From assembly GCF_009914755.1 (NCBI RefSeq), contig NC_060947.1: DNA of 64,000 nt; one strand, written 5' to 3'. The translations under genes and the position numbers were made by a program. Shown here in pieces: positions 12,847 through 25,314 of the stretch. Source of the DNA: the human T2T-CHM13v2.0 reference genome, Homo sapiens. Each line of letters opens with the position of its first letter. The stretch's first letter is position 1. The notes beneath the pieces are model-generated. The model was given only the letters and a program-made list of their open reading frames with translations, was not told the DNA's origin and searched no databases.

Positions 12847-13039
12847 CAAGAATGAAACGTGAGAGATTTGACTGAGGTGTAGAATTTGAGAGCTCCTTGA
12901 AGTTGTTTTCAGTTCTACTTCACTATCAGTGTTTTGATACATTTCCTGACTTTCTTTTTCTTTGTAGGTTTGGAGATTTAAAAAAAAATTTTAATCATCA
13001 TCAAACCATAAATACAATTTTGTTTTCTGCATTTTAAGT

Positions 13040-13560
13040 TAACATTTGATTGTAAGCATTTTATGTCACTGTATTCTCTTTAAAAGCACATTTTTAATGA
13101 TTGTTATCCCACTAATGAATATTCCACGTTTTGTTTAATCATTAACTTATAGGTGAATATTTAGGTTTCTTCCAAATCTTTGCTCTTATATAAAATACTT
13201 GAATGAGGTATATCTGTGTGTATAATTAAATGTTTTGGAGTTTGAGAGATAAATTCCTGAAATAGTACTGGATCAAAAACTTATAAACATTTTTAGGATT
13301 TAAATACATCTATATATACATACATGCATACATAGGCACATACTCATAATATCTACATGTTTGTGTGTCTGTGTCAAGTTATTTTGCAAAGGGTTTCCAT
13401 ACTTTCACTCCTAAAATTGATTTGTAAGCAATTTTAATGCCTCCTTGCCAACATTGCATTTTTTCTATCTTTGCTAATTTAAAGAGAAAACTGATTAGCT
13501 CATTGCAATGCACATTCCTTTTATTACCAATATAAACATAATCCTTATATTTGGTGATTT
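13040..13560 (-). mobile_element. Old L1ME-like fragment
   Basis: tttgtttaatcatt...gaatatttaggtttcttccaaatctttgctc...ataaattcctgaaatag...ggatcaaa, reverse L1 pattern. Confidence 0.55.
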
Positions 13561-14489
13561 ATTTTCATTCTACTTAAAGCATCCTCAGTGGGACTTGTGA
13601 TGATGTTCATAAACTGATCAAGAATTATTTCCCAGGTACTGAGGAGGCCGGCCCAATGCTGGCTCTCAAGAGTTCACATATGCATCAAAGAGCTCAAGTG
13701 AGACAGCCCTAGTAAGCATTCCTCTGAACCCCTTGGTTTTGAGGGATGGATTGTCTCTTGGTCCTTCACCCTGACGCAACCAAACGCATCATCCTAAAGA
13801 AGGGGTAAGATCTGAGTGAGTATACCATGACCCCCAGACTTGCATAACAGGCCTCTAAACCTGGAATATCAAGAGTGAAGGATGAGCAATGTTTACAGAA
13901 ACTTTTTTTTAAAAAAAAAAATACATGTTTATAAACACATTCACATCCCTCAGAACTAGCCTTCTATGGAATGCATTCTAAGAAATGTACTCTGTGTAAC
14001 AACAATCAACTAAAGCATTTGTGGTGTTAAAGCAATGTGAGTAAAGGAAAAAAAATCAACTGCAGCTATCAAGTCATGAGCATGCTAAATTGATTTGAAA
14101 TTATAAAGCAAGAGTAGATTTCAGTTCTTTAAACTAGACCATTTTGGAAAATGGATAGCGAGGTCAGGTTTTTATTGTAGCGAGGATGTGAAAAACACTT
14201 TGTCTCAGAATGATGGATGTTTTTGTTGCTTTCTTTGAATGTCTTAAGTACTTAAGTGCTTTGGTTATGTCTTGGCAGGCAGACTTAAGTGGCCATAGGC
14301 AAATAGGAGAGACATCAGGGGCCTCAGCCTCTCGCCTCCCTCTTCTTTTCTGTCTCTGATTGGCTCCATGGTCATTCTGCAGTGTCTCTCTAATGTGGAC
14401 TGGATAATGTGAATTTTTCCAGAAAAGCCGCAAGCCCTATCTAAATGGCTGGCAGCATGGTTGCTATTCACAATAATAACACAATGTAA

Positions 14490-14590
14490 TAAGATGTAAA
14501 CCACACGAGGGCAAGGGATTTTGTTTATTTTATTCTCTGCTACATCCCCAGGAACTAGAGCAACACCAAGATCAATAAAAAGTTGTTAAA
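14490..14590 (+). mobile_element. L2 3' end fragment
   Basis: atgtaaaccacacgagggcaagggattttgtttattttattctctgctacatccccaggaactagag. Confidence 0.65.
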
Positions 14591-15759
14591 GATGTTTAAC
14601 AGAACTGTTTACTTCTTAGCAGTAGGAGATGAGAGCCCCTAGAGCCATCATTTGTTGATGATTCTCCTATCACTGGGGGTCCTTTCTCCTTATAAGTTAG
14701 GTAACCTTGGGGAGCACACCTTTGATTTGACCACTTTGCAAACTATCCTACTTTTAATTAATGTACTGAGTGGGCCCCAATTCTGGGACTGAACTTTCTC
14801 AAAATTAAAACCTGAGGGAAGTTACATTGTACATTTACCTCTGCCATGGTTTAGTAACAAAGAAGATGGAGTGAGCTTGAGATTTTTTTTCTGATTTTTA
14901 AAATCTGATTTAATTTTGTGTGCCAAAATTAATTAAAAACATAGTTCTCGAAATACTGGCAATCCCTATGGAGAGACTTTGATATAACCAATGTTGTATA
15001 AAGTAAAAGGCCATTTAGAAGGATTCCATGCCAACTAAGAAATTCAATGCTTGCTCCTTCCCATGAGTTCCAGGGAAGAGAGGAAGCAAGTGTATGTAAG
15101 TGTGGGAGGGTGTGACAGGAATCATTATTAGCTTTCAGATACTGCATGGTTCTAGGTTCTGGGTGAGGAGTTTCACATACTAAAGTTATTATTTTTGTGC
15201 TTCCTGGAATTAGAGAAGTGCTAAAGTTCATTTGGAAGATGAGCATCAAAATTATGGGGCCATATAGTCATGTCAGATGGTCCTAAAACGCCAGTTTCTC
15301 CTTTTTTGTTACTGTCAGACCAGTTTCAGAAAGCTTTTTGGTTTACAAAAAAATTATCAAGGGGGGGAAATTATTTCTAAGCAAGGGGTAAAATGAAATC
15401 CATCCAAAAAAAATTAATGTTGCCTAGTTGTAACAACTACTTTGCAAGGAAATCTGCAGTTACGTTTTAGGCTATAATTGTTTCATATGGGATGACTGTG
15501 ATTTGTTTTCATCATTCATGGCATGAATGTTCTGTGTTTTTCAGTCTTCTCTGTGACGGCTAGTTTAGACATATCTGTGGACCATCTTTAAAGTTGTATC
15601 AGTCCCTTTTTTTTTAAATTCATGTTTCCTGTTCCATATCCAGGGCAGTAAAATGAGCACCAAATTAGTAGTCTTACTGGGAGCAAGGCTCAGCCTCTCA
15701 GAGGATCCCTTTTCCTCAAACTCCCTTCACCTGGCTAACTGGTTTGCAGCCTCCACATC

Positions 15760-15930
15760 TCAGTGCACACAGCACTGAGGATTGTTCATGTCTTCACTTT
15801 AGTGCTGATTGCGCTGTGTGCTTGTTGTGTCACCATTCAAGCAGTGAGCTCTGTGAAGAAAGACAGGTTCATGTCCACCTTGTTCCCTGGGGTATACTTA
15901 GTACTTAGGGCAGTTCCAGGCACACAGCAG
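15760..15930 (+). mobile_element. L2 3' end fragment
   Basis: gtgagctctgtgaagaaagacagg...cttgttc...cttagggcagttccaggcacacagcag. Confidence 0.6.
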
Positions 15931-15933
15931 TTC

Positions 15934-16056
15934 GATGTAGATGTAGATGTAGATGGATGTAGATATATGTAGCTATAGATATTAGTGTAGCTATAGATAC
16001 AGATGTGGGTGTGGATATAGAGATAGAGATGTAGATATAGTTGTAGATACTTGATA
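15934..16056. repeat. Degenerate (GATGTA/GATATA)n simple repeat
   Basis: gatgtagatgtagatgtagat...gatatagagatagagatgtagatatag read directly. Confidence 0.9.
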
Positions 16057-16058
16057 TA

Positions 16059-16494
16059 CAATTGACCCTTGAACAATGTGGAAGTTAGAGGCACTGACCC
16101 TCATGCAGTAGAAAATTTGTTATACCTTTTGACACCCTCAAAACTTAAATACTAATTGCTTACTGTTGACTGAAAGCCTTACCAGTAACATAAACAGTCA
16201 ATTAACACGTTTTGCATGTTATATGTATTATATATTGTATTCTTACAAAAAAGTAAGCTAGAAAAAAGAAAATGTTATTAAAATCATAAGGAAGGAAAAA
16301 TATATTTACTATTCATTAAGTGGAAGTAGATTATCATAAAGGTCTTCATCCTCAACATCTTCACATTGAGTGGCTGAGGAGGAGGAAGAAGAGAAGGGGT
16401 TGGTCTGGCTGTCTCAGGGGTGCCAGAGGCAGAAGAAAATTCATATATAAGTGGACCCTCACAGTTCAAACCCATGTTGTTCAAGGGTCAACTT
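16059..16494. mobile_element. Tigger2a-like (TcMar-Tigger) non-autonomous DNA transposon
   Basis: TIRs caattgacccttgaacaa and ttgttcaagggtcaactt, TA flanks on both sides, 436 bp. Confidence 0.85.
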
Positions 16495-17902
16495 TATTCC
16501 AAATATTTATGCTATAACATTACACTTTAATAGAAAGAGGTGATGTTAGGCATCAAATGAAGAGGGCATTTGCTCTTCATTTGTGCCTGACCATGTGGTT
16601 CTCCTGGGTATTCCTTAGATATAGCAATCTTGTCCCACATCAGTTTCTCAGGTTTTCACTTAAAAGGTATTTGGCCAAATAGCCTTAAAACAAACTCAAT
16701 GCAAATATTTGCACTTGTTTCTGATTCCCCAGACAGGGGAAAGTGACGCAGGCATACTACTTATATCCCATTGGTTAATAAACCCATTTTCTTAAGAGGG
16801 CTACATAGCCTTCCCCTTCCCCCCATATTGAGGTTAGATGAAGTCCATATAAAATAATTAGTAACATTAACCTTCAATGAGATTTTTAGAAAGTAAGTCG
16901 AACCATCTGCTTCTTCATAATTGTCATATTTAATTTACTGGGATGGCTTTTTGATTAGAAAATGGGCAACCACTGTCTTCTTTTGGGCAGTCTGCCTAAA
17001 GCAGAGAGAAAACACCAACTGGCAGAGTGCTAAGCCTACAATTACGGGAGGAGTATTCATTTCAATGGCTCCCCCTCTTGGATGTCATCACATGTTTGAA
17101 TGTAGCAAGCGCCATGTCATATGTGATTCAAGGTCACTTGGTTTATAGGAAAATCACATTAACAATCATCATTTCACAACTATAAAGTGTGATTTTGAAA
17201 ATATTACTTTCTTGTACTTTTTACCCCTACTCTTGAGATTTTTTACTGCCCTTTTCGACCTAGGATGGATGCCAAGCTGCCACTTTAATTTATATGACAT
17301 TTATGCTCATTCAATTTGATGTCTAGCTTGGCTTTCAAACAGGTTCAGGCCAAATATCAAGTTCACAAAAGAGTTTCATTTCATTTAATTAGAGTTTGTT
17401 TTATTACTGTTTCTGTTTGATAGTTTAAGGTCATGAAAGAATTTGTGATGACACTGATTTGAAGACAACACTTGGAGCTGATGTTGTGACCAACAGTTAA
17501 ACAAACTACACAAAATCCTGAAACTCAAAATCTCAAAACTCCATTTTTAGCAAGTCTCATAAAAAGGGTTCTCGTGTTTCGTTGGAGAATGTAATAAGAA
17601 CATAGTAACTAAATTGCATGCCCCTTAACTTAAGCCAGATCTTAGCTGAAGAAAATCTGTGATTAGAAGCAAGTCCAATGTCCAAGTCACATATTCATTT
17701 AACCTTTTTAAGAGAAAATGGCCAACTTAAATGTATTTGAAATTAATTCATCAGTTATGTTATTATTGAGGGAAAAAGTGTTCTAGGAAGAGGGGACAGA
17801 AGCTCAAAGACCCTGAATTATTCCTACCTCAGGGTGAATAATTCATCAGTTATGTTATTATGTCCTTCAATCTTGATGAGACTTAAGAAGTGAGTTAAGT
17901 AT

Positions 17903-18016
17903 ACTCTCTCCCTCTCTCTCTTCCTTTCTCTCCCCTTCCCTCCTTTCTCCTTCCTTCTTTCCCTCCATCTCCTCCTTTTCCCCCCTCCTTCCTTCCCTGT
18001 CTCCTCCCCTCTCTCA
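17903..18016. repeat. CT-rich low-complexity tract
   Basis: Near-pure pyrimidine run on the + strand. Confidence 0.85.
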
Positions 18017-19079
18017 TAGTTGGAGAATATCATTCTCCATGCAGATGCTGGTTTATTTTGGCAGCTCTTGGAAGGTTGAGTGAGGACAGTCTGAGGACAG
18101 TTGCTTCTAATAGTTTTTGGCTTGTGTTGCTCCCCATTTCTGGTCTTCGTCATGTTCCAGATTTTCCTTGTTATTCTTATCTCCCAACACTCTCCCTGTC
18201 TTTGGGAGGACCAAATGTGCCAGAGATAAATGTGGAAATAAGAAAAGAGGAATAAATATCTAACATAAGTTGAATCTGTTAAATTGGGATGATGATTAAA
18301 GATATCGGTTTTATAAAGAGAGTCAGTTGGCCTTAGATATGTTATCCTATGAATATTTCAGAGACATAATAATAATTTACATGATACCATAATAAATCTG
18401 AGGGCTAATGGCTCCAATATTCACAGATTCATCCAGTGCACAAATAGTCCATTTACAAAGTTGTATTTGTTTATGTATTTACAAAGTAGTGTACTAGATA
18501 CTGTAGGAGCTATTGTTCTCAAGTGGCTCAAAAGCATGTCCAGAGTTGACTACAGAGTTAAAGTTTGTACCAGAAGGTCAAGTCATGCTTTGAGAAGACA
18601 CAGCCTTGGAGGATGAGTTTTTTGGGGGATAGTGGGGTGGAGGCCCTGACCACTCTGAAAGTAGCCAGCTGTGTGCTTGGAGTTAAATCCCATGGTTTCC
18701 TGGCCTGTGCTAGGGAAGTGAGAGTTCAGACTTCCAAGGTGGCCTACAAGGAGAATAAGAGGTTGAGGAGAAGGAGGAAGAGACTGGCTGGACTAAGTAC
18801 AGCTAGCAGCTTTGGCAAGAATGGCCTCAATGCCACCTCTGCAGTCTTTTGTAACCCTGGCTTTCTCTATCAAAACTAGTTATAACCTTCTGCGCCACCC
18901 CCCCCACAAAAGCAGACAGAGTGATCAGGGAAGAAGTCTCTGTGCAAGTGACATTTCAGACTAGACCTGACTAATAAGATTTGAGGGAAGAAACGTTCCA
19001 CAAGAGGTCCAAAGCCCCTGAGGTGGGAATACGCTCCATGAGTTTCAGAACAAAATACCCTGCTTATAAGACCAAGAGG

Positions 19080-20330
19080 ACTTCCCTACCTCAGTAAGTT
19101 GCACCATCTCAGTTACTCAAGTCAAACCCCAAGGATTCCTTCTTGTCTCCTTTCTCTCCCTCATCACTTCCTAAAATCTCATCCATTAATAAGATTCTGG
19201 AATTGGCCCGTTTTATTTGATCAATACCATCAGCAATCAAGGTCCACCACTGCTATTGTCTGAATGTTTCCTAAAATTCAAATGTTGAAACTTAATCCCC
19301 ATTATGGTAGTATTAAGAAGTGGAGCCTCTAGAAAAGTGATTAAGTCATGAGGGCTCTGCCCTCAGGAATAAACTAGTGCCTTATGAAAGGGCTGGAGGG
19401 AACCAGTTTAGGCCTTCCTTTATTGCCCTTCTCTGCCTTATGCCATGTGAGGACACAGCATTGGTCCACTCCAGAGGATGAAGTAACAAGGCACCATCTT
19501 GGAAGCAGAGATCAGCCCTTACCAAACAAGTGAACCTGCTAGCACCTTGGTCTTGGACTTCCTAGCCCCCAGAACTGTGAGAAATAAATGTTTGTTTTTA
19601 TGAATTACCCAGTCACAGATATTTTGTTACAGCAGCACAAACAGACTAAGATGACCACCATGTTTCTTCTGGATTACTGTAGATGCCTCTTTACTGCTCT
19701 TTGGGCTTCAGTGCTTCCCCCTTAGAATCCATTTATTAAGCACCAGCCAGAAAGGTCTTTTACAAAGGCAACTCAAATCGTGTCATGCCACTACTTATAA
19801 AATGCACCAGTGTCTCCCCACTGCACTAAGAATCTACTCTCAAATCCTCAACATGGTCTACATGGCTGAACTAATCTGGACTCTGCCTGCCTTTCCTGCC
19901 TCCTTGGGGATCACTCCCCTGCTCCACTTTTGGCACATGGTCTTTATTTTGCAACCCATTAAGCTTATTCCTACCTCAGGGTCTTTGAGCTTCTGTCCCC
20001 TCTTCCTAGAACACTTTTTTCCCCTCAAATCTCATTATTCAGGTCTTGGAAAATTCCAGTGTCCTGGCCACTCCATCTAAAGTAGCACCCCTCTTTCTAC
20101 TCCACTAACTCCATCCCATCACCCTCATTTGGTTTTCTGATGGTTTTTAGCACCATAGACATTCTCATTTATTGGCTTGCTTACCACCCACTCCTCTCCC
20201 TGCCCGCCGCCCACCACAAACCCACTGCTCCTAAGGATGTAATCTCCCTGAAAACCCTGTATATCCTTTTGATCACTGTCGGCCCAGCACCTAACACAGG
20301 ACCTGGTTCTCAGTAAATACCTGTTGAATA
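19080..20330 (+). mobile_element. L2 LINE (3' region) interrupted by an MST LTR
   Basis: cagccagaaaggtctttt...aaatcctcaacatggtctacatggc...ttcctacctcagggtctttg...cccagcacctaacacagg...cagtaaatacctgttgaat. Confidence 0.75.
19251..19653 (+). mobile_element. MaLR solo LTR (MSTC/MSTD-like)
   Basis: tgctattgtctgaatgt...ccatgtgaggacacagca...agaactgtgagaaataaa...gactaagatg; 5-bp TSD accac. Confidence 0.88.
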
Positions 20331-20624
20331 TAAGAGTAACACAGGTTCCTTCAGAATTGACCAGCAGCACCATGATCACACTGCTGCTCTGCTGAATAGA
20401 TGCTTTCTGCTCTCCCCTGGCTGTTCTTCTGCCTTAACCTTCTGAGAGCTTCAAGCTCCTCCTGTTTCTGTCTTGATGTATGACCCCCCTCAGTTGGTTC
20501 ATGACTTTGGCCCATTCTTGGCTGTGTTTCCCTGCTGAGTTCTACATTAGTGACTCAGATAGTGTGTACCAGCCTCTGACCTCAGCCTAATACTGTTTGT
20601 GCTGCTTGTGTGGCCAAGTGTAAA

Positions 20625-21400
20625 CTTTTTTAGAGCTTTCATTATGAATATTTTCAAACATACAAAAAGCCAAGGAAATCATATAAAGATACATAACTAT
20701 ATACCCATTCCATGTACCTCAATCTAGATTTAACAGTCATTAAGGTTTCACCATATCTGTACTGTATTTTGAGGAAGTATCCTAAATTACAAGAATGTTG
20801 AGTATATATCCAAAATATTTTAGGCTGCACCTTCAGACTTTCTTTTTTACATATACACAATATCATTCTCACACCTACCTAAATTAACAATGCCTTCAAA
20901 TCACGTAGTACCCAGTCCATATTCAAACTTTCCCAATTGTCCCCAAAATATCTTTAAAAAGCTAGGATCCCAAAATGGCCCACATTTCCATTGGTTATTA
21001 TGTTTTTTGGGGTCTTTTAAATCAAGAATACCTGCCTGCCTTTTATTTAATACCAATGACATGTTGAAGAAGTCATGTCTTGTAGAATATCTCAACTTCT
21101 AGATTTGTCTAATTGCTTTGTTGTAGTCTTGTTAAATATTTTCTTTCATCACCTCTAACTTCTGTCACTGGAAGTTAGAATTAAAAGTCTGGGTAAAGTC
21201 CAAATAACCCTTTTGGGAAAGTTTTTCTCAGGCGTGATGTTGGGTATCACATCTTATCTCACATCTGGATGAACATAATTTCTCTTTGTTCCGCCATTGG
21301 GTTCAGGTGATGAAAGCTTGATCCTTCTGTTGTACTCTATGTGTTTCTTCTTACAACCAGCAAATAATCTATGGGGTAAATATACTTTTTTTAAAAAAGC
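20625..21400 (-). mobile_element. Old L1ME/L1MC-like 3' end
   Basis: attatgaatattttcaaacatacaaaaag...cagtccatattcaaactttcccaattgtccccaaaat, reverse old-L1 3' UTR pattern. Confidence 0.65.
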
Positions 21401-21431
21401 TATTTTTGCTGTCAGCCTCAGTGGTTTAAAG

Positions 21432-21656
21432 TAGGAGTCAGCAAACTTTCTGTATGGAACCAAATAGAAAATAGATTCAGCTTTGCCAGCCAGCCAGTCC
21501 CTCTTATAACTACTTGATGCTGCCATTGTACCTTGAATGCAGCCACAGATTATATATAAACAAATGAGTGTACCTGTGTTCCAATAAAACTTTATTTATG
21601 AAGATACACAGGTGGCTACTGGATTTGGCTTGCAAACTGTAGAATGCTGAGGCCTG
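21432..21656 (+). mobile_element. MER58A MITE
   Basis: gtcagcaaactttctgta...gcagccacagat...tgtgttccaataaaactttattta; flanked by gtttaaa(g/t). Confidence 0.8.
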
Positions 21657-21661
21657 GTTTA

Positions 21662-21812
21662 AATTAGCATCCCTTGGGGATTTAAAAAAAATACTGATGC
21701 TCAGGCCCCACCCTAAACCAATTAAATCATAATGTCTGGAGATGAGACCCTGGCATTGGTATTTTTAAAAGCTCTCCAAGTGATTCTAACATGGCTACTG
21801 ATGAGAATCACT
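21662..21812. mobile_element. MER5 (A/B) MITE
   Basis: aaaatactgatgctcaggccccaccc...ggcattggtatttttaaaagctctccaagtgattctaac...gagaatcactg. Confidence 0.8.
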
Positions 21813-22018
21813 GGTTTAAAGGGAGTTATCTGCTCTGGAGGCAAAGAGTTCATAAGGTAAGGTAGATAGGCATGTGAACAATTAAATCTAATACAAGAGA
21901 AGGGAAAATAATTGTAGAAAAACAAAGGAGAACTCATAGAAAGAAGGATGGGGGTTGGGGCACAGTCAGAAAAGTTTCTCCAGCGACCAACATTGGAGCC
22001 ATTCCTTAAATTCTGAAC

Positions 22019-22166
22019 TTTTTTTTTTAATTTTTAATTTTTATGAGTACATAGTAGGTGTATATATTCATGGAGTACATGAGATGTTTTGATACAGGCA
22101 TTCCATGCATAACAATCACATCATGGGGAATGTGGTATCCATCCCCTCAAGCATTTATCCTTTGTG
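22019..22166 (-). mobile_element. Short 5'-truncated L1MA1/2 3' end with TSD
   Basis: tacatagtaggtgtatatatt...ggtatccatcccctcaagcatttatcctttgtg; TSD aattctgaac at 22009-22018 and 22167-22176. Confidence 0.85.
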
Positions 22167-22653
22167 AATTCTGAACATTTTTTGATTGGTGCAGAGGGTG
22201 TGGAACCAGCAGGCACAATCCATCTCTGGCCAAATTTCTGCCAAGTTCTGTCTCCCTCATTAATGTGAAATCAGGAACATAATGAAGACTTCGAACCTGT
22301 ACCCAGGAGCCTTTGATTCTTTGCACCTTGTCATTATCTTACTTTTCTGGAATTAATATATTAGTGACTAAAGGCAAATGAATCATTAAGTTTTATTTAC
22401 TTAAATGTCAGCTTTTTTAAGGAACTGAAGATAAAAATCTGAGAACTAAGGAACAACTCAGGGACAATGGGGCAGGTTCTATACACTTGCCTAGAATCTA
22501 CTCTCTCGATATTATTTCCCCAACACCACTGGTTCTTTCATTTATTTATTTTAGATGGTTGGGGGTGGGATTCTGGGAAGTGATGAGGAGATTAGAAATA
22601 CATAGCATCATGATGGAAGCAAACTAAAAAATAAGGTTTATCTCCGATTATGC

Positions 22654-22885
22654 TAGAGGTCCTCAACCAGGGCGCTCTTGCCCCCACCCCAGACTCTTCT
22701 AGAGGACATTTGGCAGTGTCTACAGACATTTTTAGCTGTCACAACTTAGGCAAGGGAGTTCTACAGGCATCTAGTAGGTAGAGGCCAGGGACATGTTGAA
22801 CATCCTATAACGCACAGGACAGCTCCACCACGCAAAAGACTTATCTGGCCCCAAATGTCAATAGCACTGAGGTTAAGAAACCCTG
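22654..22885 (+). mobile_element. MER20, full length
   Basis: ggacatttggcagtgtctacagacattttt...gaaaccctg; 8-bp TSD gattatgc. Confidence 0.88.
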
Positions 22886-23446
22886 GATTATGCTGATACA
22901 TTCAAACACGCACAGATTTTCAGGAAATTTTCTGTCTTGTATTTCAAGAAGTATTTATAATTATCCCCATAGGTCAAGTTTTTAGTAATCTCTGAAGTCA
23001 CAAAGATATCTTTTAACCAAGTAGAGGGTGGTGGCATTATGTATCTGGAAATCTAAAAATTGGCTTTTCGATGTTAGAGGGAAAAAATCAAATTAGAGGA
23101 AGCCCTATTATTATTTAAAAAATATCCTCACCACAGTCTCTTGCCCTTGGGGCAATGCAGCCCTCTCTCCCTCCAACCACTCTGGGTAGGTTAGTATTTG
23201 CCTTCGGGGAAGATATGCTGAACCCAGTGTAACTGATATGGGCAATCCATATCAGAAGTCCTCTTCTCAGGTTTACAGGTAGTTACTTAGCTCAGAGGCT
23301 ATTTCTCAACTTTAGTCCCATCTAACTCTGCATTGTAGCACTCAGTGAAGCTCCAACCAACCATGAGCTTGGATTGGAATAAGCCCCTTTGTTGCTGCAA
23401 TTCTATGTGTACTCAAGTGTGGTGCAAATAAGTAAAATATGGCTTA

Positions 23447-23922
23447 TGTGTTAATTTCCTATGGCTGCTGTAACAAATTACCACAAATGTACTGGCTTAA
23501 AATGACAGGAATTTATTGTCTTACATTTCTGGAGGTCAGAAGCCCAAAGTGGATTTCACTGGGCTAAAAGCAAGGTGTCAGGAGGGCCAGTTCCTTCTGG
23601 AGGCTCTAGGGGAGAATACATTTTCTCACCTTTTCCAGCGCCTAGAGGCTACCAATGTTCTTTGCCTCATAGCTCCAAATCACTCAGACCTCTGCTTCGA
23701 TCATCACATCTCCTTCTCTAACTCTCACTCTCTTGCCTCCCTCCTTGACTTATCAGGATCTGGTGATGGCACTGAGCCCACCTGTATACTCTGGGATCAT
23801 CTCCCCATCTCAAGATTCTTAGTTACATATGCAAAGTCCCTTTTGCCTTGCAATGTACCATATTTACAAGTTTAAAGGTTAAAATGCAGACATCTTTGGG
23901 GGCTCTTATTCTGCCTATCACA
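23447..23922 (-). mobile_element. MaLR solo LTR (MLT1C/MLT1D-like)
   Basis: tttcctatggctgctgtaacaaattaccacaaa...ttctggaggctctaggggagaat...attctgcctatcaca; TSD gctt(a/g). Confidence 0.88.
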
Positions 23923-23999
23923 GCTTGAAAGCGACCAAATATGACATCAATTGTGCTTGATGCTGGAACTGGTCACATACTTTATTCTATTACTAGCCG

Positions 24000-24250
24000 T
24001 GGAACATGCCACAGAGCTTGCGCACCAGAGTCAAAGGACCTGAGTTTCAGTTCTGGCTCCACCATCTACAAGCTGTGTGGACATGGGAAAGTCACTTCGC
24101 CTTGCCTCAGATTCCTCTATCTGCAAAATAGGCATTCCAATAACACCTCCCTAGTAGGGTGACTGTTGAGGGCTATAAATGAAATAAGGTACTTAAGGCA
24201 GTAAACCTAACACCTGACATATAATAATTGTTTAAGATACACTAGCTATT
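24000..24250 (+). mobile_element. MIR SINE
   Basis: gctgtgtggacatgggaaagtcac...gcctcagattcctctatctgcaaaatagg. Confidence 0.75.
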
Positions 24251-24297
24251 GATGTTGTCACTCATGGAGCTGTTACAAGAATTAAACAGGGCAATTC

Positions 24298-24520
24298 ATA
24301 GGTCAGTAGACTTTTTCTGTAAAGGGCCACATAATACATATTTTTAGCTTTGCAAATCATGTAAGCCGTCACAGCTACTTAACTTTGCTGTTATAGAACA
24401 AAAGTAGCTATAGACAATATGTACATGAGTGAGTGTGGCTGCATTCCAATAAAACTTTTTTTGTAAATATGAGCAGCAGGACAGATTTTGTGTGCACAGA
24501 CCATAGTTTGCCAATCCTTA
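24298..24520 (+). mobile_element. MER58A MITE
   Basis: tttttctgtaaagggcc...gtggctgcattccaataaaacttt...ccatagtttgccaatcct. Confidence 0.8.
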
Positions 24521-24598
24521 ATCTAGAATATTGTGATTCGGGCCTGACTATATATTGTTGTCGACAGCAAAGCTTTTAAAAAATGATAATAGTATATC

Positions 24599-24969
24599 TT
24601 CGTTGGTAGGCAGGTCTATGCAAACCTACCCCCAAAGTTTGAGGTAGCAGAGAGACAAAAGAAAGAGGCTAACATATCCAGTTTCTTAGAAAGAGACATT
24701 TAATAGGCACTCACAAACGGAAGCCATGTCTGTGTCTCGAGTGGTGGCTAGACAAGATGGTGGATCCCTATGCCATTATCTCCAGACCCAGGGCTTATAT
24801 ACCATAGGGAAAGGGTGATTCGGAAGGGATATGTAGGACCATCGAAGTATAATAACATCAAGGTTGTTTGACCTAAGGGTAGGACTTACATACTAGATGT
24901 GTTTTCTGTTAAGAAGCAATTTTTACTTGCTTTGGTTCCATCCAAGATGGAGCTGCTTTAGCCTTTACA
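24599..24969 (-). mobile_element. ERVL-class solo LTR (LTR47-like) with an internal replacement
   Basis: gcaaacctacccccaaag...gacaagatggtggatccc...cccagggcttatataccatagg...tccaagatggagctgctttagcctttaca; 5-bp TSD atatc; subfamily from memory. Confidence 0.7.
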
Positions 24970-25314
24970 ATATCACATCTAATTCTCAGTTTTCTTTTAA
25001 TTAAAAATATAATTACTCTTAGTTTTCATTTCTGATTTCAGATTAAATGCCAAAAGACACTGCTTTGTACATATTAAGTTTTCAATTGCACTTTGTTGAC
25101 AAATAAAACAATACCTGGCTTCACCTCAGCCCCAGTGAATCAAAATTCCTGGGGGCAAGGCCTAGCTAGGCATTTGTTTTTGTTTGCTTCTCAGAACAAG
25201 AGGAGGGGCTGCCACATACTGGGCACTTGATCAGTATCTACTGAGTATGAGTAAGGAAATGTGCAACACGCCATCAGCACAGCACCCAGCCCATACTGAA
25301 GCTCAGTAAATGGT

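Noticed and set aside
16548-16588. 16-bp bulged stem-loop (also 9-bp stem at 23233-23255 and two small palindromes at 42786-42819)
   Set aside because: Real but short; too small for a miRNA precursor and without supporting context.
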